Positions 1 to 13,141 are shown, numbered from the stretch's first letter. The stretch: DNA of 64,000 nucleotides from Leucoraja ocellata (GCA_036785375.1 JAWMAR010000024.1:5518001-5582000); one strand, 5' to 3'. Made by a program: numbers and translations. Notes: generated by a model from the letters alone, not told the origin.

Positions 1-1299
1 AACATATTAAAAATTAACAAAAGCAGAGAAGGCCTTAAGTCCAATGCCTGAAGCAAAATGCTTTGACAAACCTAGCAGCTCTTTCTGTGCTTTTCCAAAT
101 GCACTTGTCACTCAGTATTATCCATCCTCATTAATGACAATGGGAAAGTTTATCTTAGAAACAGGTTTTAAATCATCTACTGTTTACAAGGGGAGCATGA
201 AATCTCCTACAAAACAGAAGGCGGGAACAACTTCCACAACAAAATCACTTTTGGCAGATATAATGTCTAAATCACATTGCATGTTAAAATTTGAACTTCT
301 TGGGTTTCATATTTTTTAATGAAACATTCATTATTGATTTGTGACTGACAGCAAAAATAATTTCTAATGTAGTAAAAGAAACACCCAGATCGAAGGTGTG
401 GGAAAGTTATTTCTAGCCATAGTTTTTGTGCAGATGTAAACGCAGACAAGCAGAGATAGCCTGTGGCTACAGTGTTGTAACAGAATGGATGAACATTCCT
501 CCATGTATCAGCCCAGCCCAGATAATTAAACAGCTCTACAGTAATTGCACTTGTTTGAAATCATCTGCAAAGAACTGGGCTTTTGCTAGGCATGATAGAA
601 TTACTAGTTATTCATTTTGGTTGGGTGATGAATTTTCAAGCCTCAAAAAAAATCTAACATGCTCACAATATGAACATCAGTCAATGTAGACTTTTGCAAA
701 TAAATCGTAAGATTCAACATATGAAGCAGTAATCAACTGAAATATTTGAAACAGGTACCAAACAATATTTCAAACACTCAACCTACATTGCAATGGATCT
801 TCGTCACAATGTTACTTGAATCTCAATCAACATGTGCAATAGGGAGTAAAGTTAATGCTTTTAACTCTACATTTTCATGACTCCCTCTAGCACGCTAATT
901 CAGCATTCACATCGCTGCACACTTCCCATTTTCCTGAAGGCATAAATTTCTTTCAGAATCATGCCCCACAGCCTCCTGATATCTTGCATTACCTCCTCCA
1001 AGTGGTCCTTTTTCATTCAACAGGCACCAAATATCAGCAGCTTCCATAGTAATGCTAACTTTAACACTCAAATACATTTTCCACTTGGAAGTGCAAGCAA
1101 AAGGAAGGGACTACAAAACCAATAATATTTTTGCAGAGGCCATGCTATGTGGAATTTAAATAAAATAGAACAATGGAAGATCTGAGTTGGCTAGGCTGTA
1201 TCCATGGAAGCATGAGGTGTAAATTGACATTAAGGTGAAGATCATGCATCAGGACTGAATGGAAGAGAAAACATTGCTGGTAGGTAGCACTATGAGAAT

Positions 1300-1575
1300 G
1301 GAGGTTGGGGCAGAGGCAATGTAGGTGATAGATGGAACAAGATGGAGAAGGGATGACGGGTAAATGGAACCAGTCAGGTAGGAGAACGGGAGAGATGATC
1401 AAAGGTTGAAGAGAACTACTGGGTGTCCTGAAATTGTAAAATTCAATATTCATACCATTGGATTATAGGCTGCACAAATGAAAAATGAAGTTTTCTTCCA
1501 ATTTGGCCTCTCGGTAGAGAAGGCCAAGGTTAGACAGGTCAAAGTGGAAGTGGTAAGGAGTGTTAAAATGAAATG
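1300..1575 (-). mobile_element. Old Penelope 3' fragment
   Basis: MNIEFYNFR aligns with the MNIDFSNFR C-terminus of the younger copies. Confidence 0.65.
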
Positions 1576-3394
1576 CAGTGGAAGCTCACAATACAAAGAA
1601 CTTTAAAGTTTCCTGAATTCTATGTACAATTATAAAATATTTTGTCTGTTTTGCATACTTTAATTACATTTATTTCTTAGCTAAGGGCGAGAGACAATGA
1701 CATTTCTTAGACAATTTTGACAGCATCCCACTGTAAATTAATTTTCCGAAAAACTATTGGTCCACTTTAGAATGAGCGAGATTTTAAATTACATTTGCTT
1801 TTCTCTTCTTCAGTTGCATTCACTTCTTCCAAATGTTGTGGACTATCCATCAATAATACATCATCCTTGCAGCATAATGGCTGAATCTGGTCACCAACTT
1901 CCTTGACATGAATGGTTTGTTCAGGTTGACATTCAGGGTCCTTATATGGTTATCAAGTATAAGAATCCTAGTTATATTTGATAACAGCTATATCCTCATT
2001 ACAAAGATATTCTGGGATAAAGTATAAGTCCTCTATCACTGCCAATAGATAGAAATCTCAGAATGGAACTGACAATATTCCTGGTCTGCAACAACTTAAA
2101 GAATTTCAAATAATGATTGAGAAAATAAAAGAATGGATACAAGTTTGTAACCAAGTTCATCCAGAACCAGAATGGATAGATAATCCATATTGTCTTCCAA
2201 TTGACCTCCTCACCTCCTACATGCTAGTCTTCAGCCAAGTTGATTTGCTCTATGGAATATTGAGACGTGTCTGAACTGAAATGCTCATAAACTCCTGGAT
2301 CAGTGTGTTTGCTCTATGTAATCTGCTGGTGCTGTACAACATTGTCCAAAAATAAAGATCCTGGAAACTGTGGAGCACAGGACCCTCTGCTCAACAAATA
2401 CGGATGGAGCTGATGAAGTTAATTGCAGCCTGCATTGCAACAGTTCAGCCTTTAACCATCTGCGAAGCAGTAAAATGAAGGAGAAGTGTCGAGGATGGCA
2501 TGGGGAAGAGCAAATCGCTCTGCAGGAACTGATGGCATGGAACTAATAGCCTTCTTCTATGTTGTAATGAGTGTTTATCCAGTTGCAAATCCTCTATTAA
2601 TGAAGCAAGTTCTGGCCTGAAATGTGGCAGATAATATCCTTACTTCTTAAGTGCCAGGGGATGACCACCATCAGTAACACAGAGTCCCATCAGCTCCCTA
2701 ACAATTTTCAAAGCTTGCATTTGCATGCTCTTTGCTGGGGTACATACTATATGGTACAGTATGTATTAACAGCACATCAGTGATGGATGATATCAAATTT
2801 TAGCCAGTGTTAGCTAACTAACATTATGCTGAATATTAGCTGGACTCCTGATGTGCCAAACTGGTTCAGTCTGGTGTAGTCTAAGCTTTGTACATGGTGA
2901 AATGGCTATAGGGAGTTAGCTGAGCAACAGGTAACATTCACCAGGAAGTGAACCACTCAACATAGAATGTTCCAATTATTTCATTTATAGAGTCACAGTT
3001 CTAATCATTACTAGGATACCAAGTGCATGCTCTATGCCATTCTGCGAGGAACACCGCTGTGGTATTGACTATCTGAAATTTTTTGGTGCCCTCCTCTCTC
3101 TGACCTGATTTCATCTGAATTAGCCATACTTCATATCCTTTCTGGTTCAATCTTGACACTGTTGTTAAAATTACAGACAAAGACATTGATATTTATTGAG
3201 CAGATATCTGTTGAGCAGGCTGAATACCAACACCCAACACCACACACTAATATTCTCTGGTCACTGAACTTTAAGCCATCGTTTTGTCAGACTTCACCTA
3301 CTCTAGCAAATCTGGTTGCCAAGGCCTCAAACATCATTGTCCCTGCAACCACCCCTCTCCTTTCCCACCCCACAAACATTGAAGTTTAATTTTT

Positions 3395-3790
3395 TTGATA
3401 ATTCACCAAAAGTGTTGCTACGGAAAACACAATGTGTCAGCCTGCTTTTAAATTACAGAATTTAATTATTCACGCCTTAACTATTTTTACTCCTCTTGTT
3501 CAGTTCCTTCCAGCCTGAAACTTTCTGATGCCTTCCACGTGCATTAAAAAATAAAGTTTCTGAGAAGTAATAATCTCCTCCAACAGTTTCCCACATCCAG
3601 AACAGGACAGTTTATGTGTTTTCCACAAACAAAGGCATGACTAGCTTGCATCCATCACCACTCACTTCCTGCGCAGCCTGGCTGAATTTGATCTTATGTT
3701 GAACAACTCGTGTTGACATCTCTCTTGACTACACCTGCCTTTTCATTGAATAAACAGAATAATACGTGGTCAACCACAGACAAAAAAAAA
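3395..3790. promoter_or_regulatory. Candidate enhancer with Pax6-like site
   Basis: tttaattaTTCACGCcttaact with nearby TGTCAG and ACAAAG motifs in unique sequence. Confidence 0.4.
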
Positions 3791-4104
3791 GAGCAGGCAG
3801 GTTGTTCACGAGACCCTTGAGGGCATCTTGCTCTCTAACCAGTAATCAGTTATGAATAATGATGGTGGAGAGGATTCCCCTGGGGAATGTAGCCAGGGCC
3901 AAGGCCATAATGCCATGGGTGGATCGGTTGTACAGGGAGCAAAGTAAAAGGTCAAGAAAGCAATAGTTAACGGGATTTTGCACTTAGAGGTGTAGGTAGG
4001 CATTTCTGCAATAGCTCATGTTATTCTACAATGATGCATTTCTGCTTGATGTCAGGATCAGGATATCACAGCACATCTGTCGAACATTATGGCTTTATGG
4101 CAAA

Positions 4105-5055
4105 GAAATCGTAGATGGGGCGGAGAAATGGCAGATGGAGGTGGAGAAATGGCAGATGGAGTTTAATCCGAGCAAGTCTGAGGTATTGCAGTTCGGGAGG
4201 TCGAATGCAAGGGGAAAGTATTAAAGATTATTAAAAGCATTGACATACAGAGGTATCTTGGGGTTCAAGTCCATAGCTTCCTGAAAGTGACAACAGAAGT
4301 AGATAGAGTGGTACAAAAGGTGAATGGTATGCTTGCCTTGATCAGTTGAGATATTGAGTATAAGTCAGGATGTTGTGATGCAGCTCTATAAGACTGGTTT
4401 GGCTACATTTGGAATATTGCGTGCTGTTGTGGTCGCCCCATTACAGGATGAAGAGACTTTGGAGATTACAGAAGAGGTTTACTAGAATGCTGCCTGGATT
4501 AGGGGGTATTAGCTACAAGGAGAGATTGGACAGACTTGGATTGTTTGTTCTGGAGCATTGGAAGATGAGGGGAGAACAGATAGAAATATATAAATTTACA
4601 AGAGCCATAGATAGGAAGACAGTCAGAACATTTTTCTCCAGGGTGAAATGTCAAAGACTATTGATTTAAGGCGGGAAGGATAAAGTTTAAAGGGGATGTG
4701 TGGGGCATTACACAGAGTGGCGGGTGCCTGGGACATGCTGCCAGGGGTGAAGGCAGGTGATAGGGGCTTTTTAAATAGGCACAAAGTCATGCAGTTTGAA
4801 GAAGGGTCTCAGCCTGAAATGTCACCCATTCCTTTTCTCCAGAGATGCTGCCTGTCCCACTGAGTTACTCCAGCATTTTGTGTCTACCTTCGATTTAAAC
4901 CAGCATCTGCAGCTCTTTCCCTCACATAGGGAATTGAGAGATATGGATCATGTGCAGGCAGATAAGATTAGTTTAACTTGGCATCATGTTTGGCACAGAC
5001 ATTGTGGGCAGATGGGTCTTATCTTGTGTCACACAATTCTATATTCTACGTTCAT
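4105..5055 (+). mobile_element. CR1/HER1-like LINE 3' part
   Basis: WQMEFNPSKSEVLQFGRSN, EYCVLLWSPHY, LQKRFTRMLPGL. Confidence 0.9.
4796..4925 (+). mobile_element. Short Penelope-terminus-derived element nested in a CR1
   Basis: tgaagaagggtctc...agatgctgcctgtcccactgagttactccagcattttgtgtctaccttcgat, same as 56144-56270. Confidence 0.85.
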
Positions 5056-5415
5056 TCTGGAGGAGAAGACTAAGCTGTGAGGGTTGTCATCAATACTGAA
5101 AACAATGGTAAAAAAAGAGTTTGTAAAGAGATTTAGAAGTTGCACTTTAAAGGTAGTCCTAGATCCATGCACCAGCCTTGACCAAAGAAGGTGAATAACA
5201 CAGATAGCTAGAGAATTAATACAGTTGTACAAAAGCTCACATTTAAAATCTATGTTTAATAACAATTCAGTCTGTTTTTGGTTTAGAAACAGCTTTGTCC
5301 CAATAAACCAGACAGCTAAGGAAACGCATTCCCAGACAATGGAACCAGCGCTGTGGAACGTGGAATCTGTACAGGCCAGTAAGAGCCAATGTCATCACAA
5401 GTCATCTTACCAGTA

Positions 5416-6496
5416 CAGGTGCACAACCTTTTATCCGGAGTTCCGGAAACCGAAAAACTCCGAAAACCGGCCATTTTTTCCAGGATGTCGTCTGCACACC
5501 AAAGCTCGCATTTGGCGCCAAACTTGACCCGAAACGACCCACGGTCAACCCAGGTCTGTACTACTGTAGCGGCTGCCTCCTCCCCGGAGACCGGGGAGAC
5601 ACTTAAACATCTGTAAATCATTGCTTAAATGTTAGTCAGTTAGTTTGGAGGGCTTCTATGTGAAGGGGGGGGGTGAAGGGGGAAACTTTAATTCTTAGTC
5701 CGCTACCTGGTCGGAGAGGCGGGGAGCGGTCAATGCCTTACTGGGTCGCCGTGCAGTAAGCTCCGCAGCGCTGTGGCCGCCAACTCCCAGCTGGGGCTGC
5801 GGGCGTCCGGCAACGGGCGGCGCCGGTTGTAGCTCCGACCCCGGCAACTCTACCTCTGGCTGCGCAGCGCTCCAAATCCATCGCGGCCCGACGCCCGCAG
5901 CCCCAGCTCCGCGATGTTGTGTGTCGGCGGCCACAGCGCTCTGGAGCTTACCGCACGGCGACCCGGTAAGGCATTGCCCGCTCCCCGCTGGTATCCCAGC
6001 GCTGTGACGCCGCCGATTCCCAACATCGTGGAGCTGGGGCAGCGGGCGACCGGCCGCGAGCGGTGCTGGATTTAGAGCGCCGCGCAGCCAGGGGTAGAGT
6101 TGCCGGGGTCGGAGCTCCAACCGGCGGCGCCCGCGGCCGGACGCCCGCAGCCCCCAGCTCCACAATGTTGGGAGTCGGCGGCCATAGCGCTCCGGAGCTA
6201 TGGTAAGGCATTGCCCGCTCCCCGCCTCTCCGACCAGGTAGGCGACTAAGAATTAAAGTTTCCCCCTTCCCCCCCCCCCCCACATAAAATCCCTCCAAAC
6301 TAACTGACTAACATTTAAGCAATGATTTACAATGATTCCCCGGTCTCCGGGGAGGAGGCAGCCGCTCCAGACTTTTCAAGCCGCCCGCGCTACCTACCTA
6401 ATCTACGCTAAAAATCTTCCATTCGGAAATCCGAAAAATTCCGAAATCCGACAAGTGTCTGGTCCCAAGGCTTTCGGATAAAAGGTTGTGCACCTG
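5416..6496. mobile_element. Non-autonomous Tc1/mariner-pogo (Tigger-like) DNA transposon with large internal inverted repeat
   Basis: Perfect 22-bp TIR CAGGTGCACAACCTTTTATCCG, TA on both sides (5414-5415, 6497-6498); no transposase. Confidence 0.9.
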
Positions 6497-6631
6497 TACT
6501 GCTACGTTGGATTTAAAGGGAAGGGAATTCGAAAGCTGAGCAAAGATTCAAATGGAAGGTTGAAAACTAAAGCGATATTTTTAAATGAAAAGGAACAAAA
6601 AAGATTGCTAATCTGCTTAATGCCAATATTT

Positions 6632-6714
6632 TTGTTTTAGTTAAGTTTTAGAGACACCGTGCGGAAACAGGCCCTTTGGTCCACCGACCGCACCAACCAG
6701 AGGTCGCCGCACAT
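6632..6714 (-). mobile_element. HE1-like SINE 3' tail fragment
   Basis: tttagagacaccgtgcggaaacaggccc resembles 32445-32480. Confidence 0.7.
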
Positions 6715-6717
6715 TAA

Positions 6718-7160
6718 AGGGCCCGTCCCCCTGACGCGGATTTACAGCGACTGTCTTCGACCTTCAAGCTCGAGGGCACTCGCCTGGAAAACCTCGAGCT
6801 GGATCGACAGTCAGCGATGAAACAGCGAGCGAGCGAGCACACAAGTCCTTTAGAGAGCACGGAGCGGGCGCGGGGGAGGGGGGGGGGGGATGAGAAGGAA
6901 AGAGAGGGGGAGAGAAGGGGAGAGTAGGGTGGGAGAAGGGGGGAGAGAAGGAGTGGAGACACTTTTAAGAAGCCAGACAACATAACAAAGTTTAGTGGGC
7001 ATTTAAATTACCGGTCGGTTTTCCATGTTCCTGAAAACTCCAATGAGCCAATTAAAATGCACGGTCAGCGAAGGAGATTGCCTACGGCTGCCCTCAACTG
7101 CCTATAAGTACATAGCGACCCCACTCCACTGCACTACGAGTTCAAAAGAATGCCGACCAA
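6718..7160. mobile_element. Truncated Harbinger-like MITE
   Basis: taa|AGGGCCCGTCCCCCTGACGCG resembles the 33386 TIR; right end not seen. Confidence 0.55.
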
Positions 7161-8349
7161 TTTTTATTTTTGTTTAATGCTTTTTTCCGGACCTATGTAC
7201 CGTTGGCAAGGTCAGCATGTACTGCTCAACCTTAAATGTCCTCCAACAGAGTCACTTGCTGGTTATTTCAAAGGACCTTTAAGAGTCAACCACATTGCTC
7301 CAGGTCAAGAGTGATCTATAGGCCAGGCTGCATAAAGAATCTCAAATCTCAGGAATGTTACAACGACCATCAAGAAAAACGAAACAATAAAGATGCACCA
7401 CAGACCGCAAGCAGTCTGAAGGAAATAAAAAAACAAAATTATAAACACATTTCTGATAAATGCAAAAACATTAGGGTAGTAACATGTGGGAATTTAATTT
7501 ATCGTAATATTAACCAGGATACTGTCTGTGTAAACAGTTTCAAGAAGCTGCAGATTACAGAAGAACCCTTTAAACCAATTACCAAGCAAGACTAACTAGA
7601 GGAGTAACGAGGGGAAATTCTGGCTTTAGTTTCTAGGAAATGGTTGGATACATGGAATGAGTTTTAGTTTGAGAGCATTTTTGACATCATTCAGGTTTAA
7701 AATAAATAGAAATAAAGTGATTAAATTAGAATCAGCCCAATTGTTCAAGATTGCAGCTTACTTCAGAACTTTTTCCAGGGCAATTGGTGATAGGCAATAA
7801 ATGATGATCCTTGGTAGTAAGATCCCAACAATAACAAAGTCCTTTTTGTCTTTCATACCTTCCATGTTACAGTAGAAATCAGATAATCTGGCATCTGATT
7901 ATTCGGAAATCCTAATGGTCCATCATCTGGTTCACTCATGGAGCTGGGGTTCTAGAATGCATATACAGTACATGCATAGGGTTTGCATGGGGTCTATGGC
8001 CAAAGCCATAGGGTAGAATATGGCCAAAGCCAAAGCGTAGAATGCATAGGGTCTATGGCCAAAGCCAAGGGTCTGGAGGGTAGCCAGGGCTGGGGATAAG
8101 GTGTGTGGGTGGAGCTGGGTTGGTTCTGGCCTACCATTAGTTACAAATACAGCCAGGGACTCGAGTGCTTGTACATTTATCACTCCAGTTTAGTTCATTG
8201 GATTCATTGGGAAATTTGTTGTATGGCTGTGTAAAATAGAGGGTATTATTTGGAGTAACATCCAATAATCTGGAAAGTTTGCTAGTCTAGAATCACCAAT
8301 GTTGAGTTTTATTGCAATACAAATCTTAGGTTTTATTCTTTCCTTATTA

Positions 8350-8555
8350 TGCCCCTGTCCCACTTAGGAAACCTGAACGGAAACCTCTGGAGACTTTCCG
8401 CCCCACCCAAGGTTTCCGTGCGGTTCCCGGAGATTGCAGGTAGTGGAAGCAGGTAGGGAGACTGACAAAAACCTCCGGGAACCGCACGGAAACCTTGAGT
8501 GGGGCGCAAAGTCTCCAGAGGTTTCCGTTCAGGTTTCCTAAGTGGGGCAGGGGCA
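8350..8555. mobile_element. Palindromic MITE, PIF/Harbinger-like
   Basis: TGCCCCTGTCCCACTTAGGAAACCTGAACGGAAACCTCTGGAGACTTT arms almost perfectly inverted; TTA on both sides. Confidence 0.88.
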
Positions 8556-9018
8556 TTACCCTTACCCACTCCTTCATCACCACTTTCCCAGCATCTATAC
8601 TTGGTTGCTACTTCTTTAACATTTTCCAGTCCTAACAATACATATTGGGCTGAAATCTGAACTTTATTTCTCTACTTTATTTTATCCTTTCCTTTACTGG
8701 AAAAAAAGTGATATTGATCATGATAATCACCTCTCACTCTGCTGTCAACAACACATGCTAGATCAGGTGTACATTTTCAGGTACGTTATCCTTGGCTCTT
8801 TACAATCTACATACCGAATTGATACCAAAATATAATGCTGTGTAATTTCAACGCAGACTTATTATTGGAAATATCAAGTGGTGGTGATTCACATGTTTAT
8901 TGGCTAGCAAACGCCACTGCATTTCAACTCATGCCATTGACCTCAAACATAATAATGTCCAAATTCATCTAGAAGTTCAGTCTGTTCACTGTGCCCTATT
9001 TCACTCATTTCTCATCCA

Positions 9019-9102
9019 GGGTCTCGACCCGAAACTTCACCCATTCCTTCTCTCCAGAGATGCCGCCTGTCCCGCTGAGTTACTCCAGCATTTTGTGTCT
9101 AC
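9019..9102 (+). mobile_element. Short Penelope-terminus-derived element
   Basis: gggtctcgacccgaaac...; perfect 13-bp TSD catttctcatcca at 9006-9018 and 9103-9115. Confidence 0.9.
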
Positions 9103-9139
9103 CATTTCTCATCCAATGCTGCTGTGTTTCTGCTCGAGT

Positions 9140-9455
9140 TAGCATGTACCAAGATATAGTGAAAAGATTTGTTTGCATGCTATCCAAGCAAATCATATCA
9201 TACACGGTAAAATCAAGCTGTACACAAGTATCACAGGTATTGTGAAGAGAAAAATACCAGAACACAAAGCATTAAAGCATTACAGTTCCAAAGAAAAAGT
9301 GCAAGGTCCACACTCAGGTAGGTTGGAAGATTAATTTATGGGAGGACCATTCAATAACAGGCAAGAAGCTGTTCCTGAATCTGGTGGTATGTGCTTTCAA
9401 GCTTTTATATCTTCTGCCTGACGGGAGAAGGGAGAAGAGGGAATGACCGGATCGA
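9140..9455 (-). mobile_element. Rex1/Babar-type LINE 3' end
   Basis: GHSLFSLLPSGRRYKSLKAHTTRFRNSFLP (ORF 9314..9514). Confidence 0.8.
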
Positions 9456-10479
9456 CACACAAGTTGAAAAAAAAAGCCACCATCAAGGACGGCGATGGTG
9501 GCTGTTTTTTTCAAGCTGTGTGAAGTGCAGATGGAGTTTGGAAGATATTGCCATCTCCCATAACAATGTTTTGTTGATGGTACACAGTGCCTCCAAAGAG
9601 TAGGACCTGAATATGTACTGTAACTAATTGGTGGTAAATGTGATGAAAGGTTCTATAATGAATGAAAATCTTTCTTTCTTATTAAATGCAGTGGTTCTCC
9701 ATGATAGAAATGCAAACTAGAATACTAAAGTGGGAAAATACGGTAACATTTGCTGCTGTGGGAACAGAGTCAAAGCAGGAATGAATATGCGTATCTTCGG
9801 TATATCTGGCCCTCAGCAGAGACAGAATTTTACAGGACTAGGAACAAGGGATAAGATCCTGCACTTGAGAAAAAGATGGCCTAGGGTACGGCAAATAATA
9901 TTTTTTAGGATTTTTGTTTTCAATTTTATACCATTTCAGATGTTTCCTCTGCAAATCAGTGATGAAATAGCAATGTGTACCTGAGAGTAGATGTCACTTG
10001 AATTTATTTTTGGTTACAAACTTTAAACTCTTGTTTCTTACTTCAATCCAACTATCTGCCTTCGTCTCTTTTGTTTGTTCACTTTCCTGCTCTTTGTTTA
10101 TAGCTGTATTTTTCCAAACTCTCCCATCATTTTCTGACTCATTCTGCTCCCTCATTCTTTGTGTTGCGATGACTGTTTAAGCTTGGAACATTTATGCAGG
10201 CATACATATACTCTTGCTGCTAATGAATGACAGAAGATAAAATAACCAAAATACAGAAAAAGAAAAGTTACCTTATTAAGATGACTATTCTTTCCTTAAT
10301 TATAGGTGAACAAAACTGAGAAAGGAGCTGTTATAAATTGGTACAATTCCACTACCCTCCCCCTTCTGCTTAAGGGTGCTGAGTTGTGGTATAGGCAGCT
10401 CAGCCTAAATTATATCAGGATCTCTGAAGATACTTGAATGATGCTAATGTGTTAACTATTCTGTAATTAGAAAACATAC

Positions 10480-11950
10480 AATGGCATACGTCATAGCTAA
10501 ACACTCCAGTTTATATTGAGGAGTTTAGAGGAAGGCAGGATTCTGTGGATATAATACAACAAACATGTGCCACATTATCTTGGATACTTATAACCTCAGT
10601 CAAAACGTCAATAACACGCCTGAGAATGTGGCATGTGTGCATGCGCACGTAAGCAAAGGAGTTAGAGAGCGAGTATGTGCTTATGCATGAAGGAGAGTGG
10701 TATGTTTGTTTGCATTATTTGTGGCATCAAAAGTCCTTTGGTCCATCAAATAATATGCATTATGTCAGGAAACGTAGCAGCAAACACGCTGAGATAATGC
10801 ATATCATCTGATAACTCAAGAAACTTTCAATAAAACTTCAATAAAGCTAACACGCTTGCGCTCTCTTTGTCTCAAACAAAACCACATTGGAGATTTTGAA
10901 TAGGATTCTAAATATTAAAGGTTATGTGACAAATATGCTGATTGATACAAGTAGCTAAATTACGAATCAGAACAAAGCTGTGGGTTAAGGCCCAATTTTT
11001 TGAAGTTTTCAGCTAAAATTCATTACCACCAAAAATTTGTATAGCTGTATATATACAATTCAATCTCTATTAGTAATATGGCAGTGACTACTTTGTCAAG
11101 TTGTGTCAGAAGCTTCCATGTTCTGCTCCGTTTAAAGCCAGTTGGAATGTGTAAGAGACACAAGTTAGGGAAGCCTGCAGCAGCCTTAGGGAAAGTCATT
11201 GGAATGGCAGTTTTTCTTGTTCACATCAACACCAGTGCTGCTGTAGGCTGTTCTTAAAATGGAAACATTGTGGCATTACCAACCAATAACTAAACAGGAA
11301 ACAAAATACAAAAGTGAGAGACAATTAAGCAACCTAGGCAGGAGGAGTTCCAAAGGTATTCCATAACATTATTAGAAGATCATAAGAAAAATGTGGTAAG
11401 TCGGATCCTGATGATCTCATCACAGATGTCAAGTAAAACCTATTATCTTGGCCTTCATAATAAAAAAAAGCAAAAATGTTTTAGATAGCGTTCAGCTTAC
11501 CTAATCGGGAAAGTTTGAGTATGTGTCTAGCTGTATAGGCATGCTTTGGTCAATCATCAGAAAATCAAAGGCAATTGGCATAACTCAACTGAAACTTTAA
11601 TGCCGCATGATTGTGTCGTGTAAGCTCGTTTTGTGCGAGGGGCATTGCAGTTTAGCAGGGAGATTAACAGACGGACCAAAAGTTGGCCTCCAAACCTTGC
11701 CCTGCTGATGCCTCAAGCCCTTTGAAGTCTGACCATCATACCTGGCAAAGCAGCAGTGGGAACTAGGCTGGTGTCAGCTCTAATCACATTGCCTGCCTCA
11801 GCATGGCTAACTACAGGGTGCACTAATTGGCCCAATTGCGGATTATACCTTTTGCTACAGATTCAAGACAATAATTTAGTCAAATGATGGTTTTTATCTC
11901 CTCCTAATTAAGATTCCAAAGTGGAAAGAAATAGGATTAGACAGGCAGAC
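10480..11950. promoter_or_regulatory. Candidate PAX6 long-range enhancer block
   Basis: Repeat-free with retained CpGs; CTAATTGG, GGATTA, TAATCA and TGTCAG motifs; lies in ELP4 intron 9. Confidence 0.5.
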
Positions 11951-12339
11951 TTTTTTGTTGTTTTTCCCTCGGTCTTTTAATACTCTGTTCACTTATGTAT
12001 GTTTAGTTCAACATTTCATTCCCCTTTTTTAAAAAACTTACAAAAACTTTTCTCTCGTCATGCAAATGCACTACTTGCATAATCCCTTAATAACCTTATG
12101 TTTAGTAAAACAGCAGTCTGCAATAGAAACTTGTGAAATAAACTAGTTTGCAGTGATCTTATAACGTTATACAACAAAAGCTCATTAGTCACAAAATGGA
12201 CCTTTTAGTAACATGCCTTCAGTGTATGTGGTGGAATGTATGGAAAGAGGTAATGCATAGCTCTCTAAAGTAAAACTGCACTACTGTGTTGAATGTGCAA
12301 ACATTTATAGGTTTTTAAAGACATGTGGAGTGTTAATGG

Positions 12340-13141
12340 TCGACAAAAATGCTGGAGAAACTCAGGGGGTGAGGTAGCATCTATGGAGCGAAGAAAATAG
12401 GCGACGTTTTGGGTTGAGACCCTTCTTCAGACTGATGTGGGGGTGGGGGCGGTAATAAGAAAGGACGAGGCAGAGACAGTGGGCTGGGAAGGGGAGGGGA
12501 AAGAAGGAGAAAGCAAGGACTACCTAAAATTGGAGAAGTCAATGTTCATACCGCTGGGGTGTAAACTACCCAAGCGAAACATGAGGTGCTGCTCCTCCAA
12601 TTTACGGTAGGCCTCACTCTGGCCATGGAGGAGGCCCAGGACAGAACGGTCGGATTCGGAATGGGAGGGGCAGTTGAAGTGCTGAACCACCGGGAGATCA
12701 GGTTGGTTATTGCAAATCGAGCGGAGGTGTTGGGCGAAGCGATCGCCAAGCCTACGCTTGGTCTCACCGATGTAGAGCAGCTGACACCTAGAGCAGGGGA
12801 TGCAACAGATGAGACTGGATGAGGTGCAGGTGAACCTCTGCCGCACCTGGAAAGACTGCTTGGGTCCTTGAATGGAGTCAAGGGGGGGAGGTAAAGCGAC
12901 AAGTGTAGCATTTCCTGTGGTTGCAAGGGAAAATGCCAGGAGAGGGGATGGTTCAGGTGGGAAGGGACTAATTGACCAGGGAGTTACGGAGGGAGCGGTT
13001 TCTGCGGAAAGCTGAAAGGGGAGGAGATGGGAAGATGTGGCCAGTGGTGGGATCCCGTTGGAGGTGGCAAAAATGTCGGAGGATTATTTGTTGGGCGAAA
13101 ATGTTGGAGGATTATTTGTTAACGGAGTGTTATTGTTAATA
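12340..13141 (-). mobile_element. Penelope-like retroelement 3' part (GIY-YIG + terminal repeat)
   Basis: ORF 12520..12846 LLYIGETKRRLGDRF, closely similar to the 55.7 kb copy; 15-bp TSD gtggagtgttaatgg at 12325-12339 and 13142-13156. Confidence 0.93.

Noticed and set aside
3001-3186. Minus-strand short ORFs considered as ELP4 exon 10
   Set aside because: No RLHLPP/LDF motif and no convincing splice context.
5316-6298. Several 100-156 aa GC-rich ORFs
   Set aside because: Products of the GC-rich palindromic MITE interior; no transposase or other motif.
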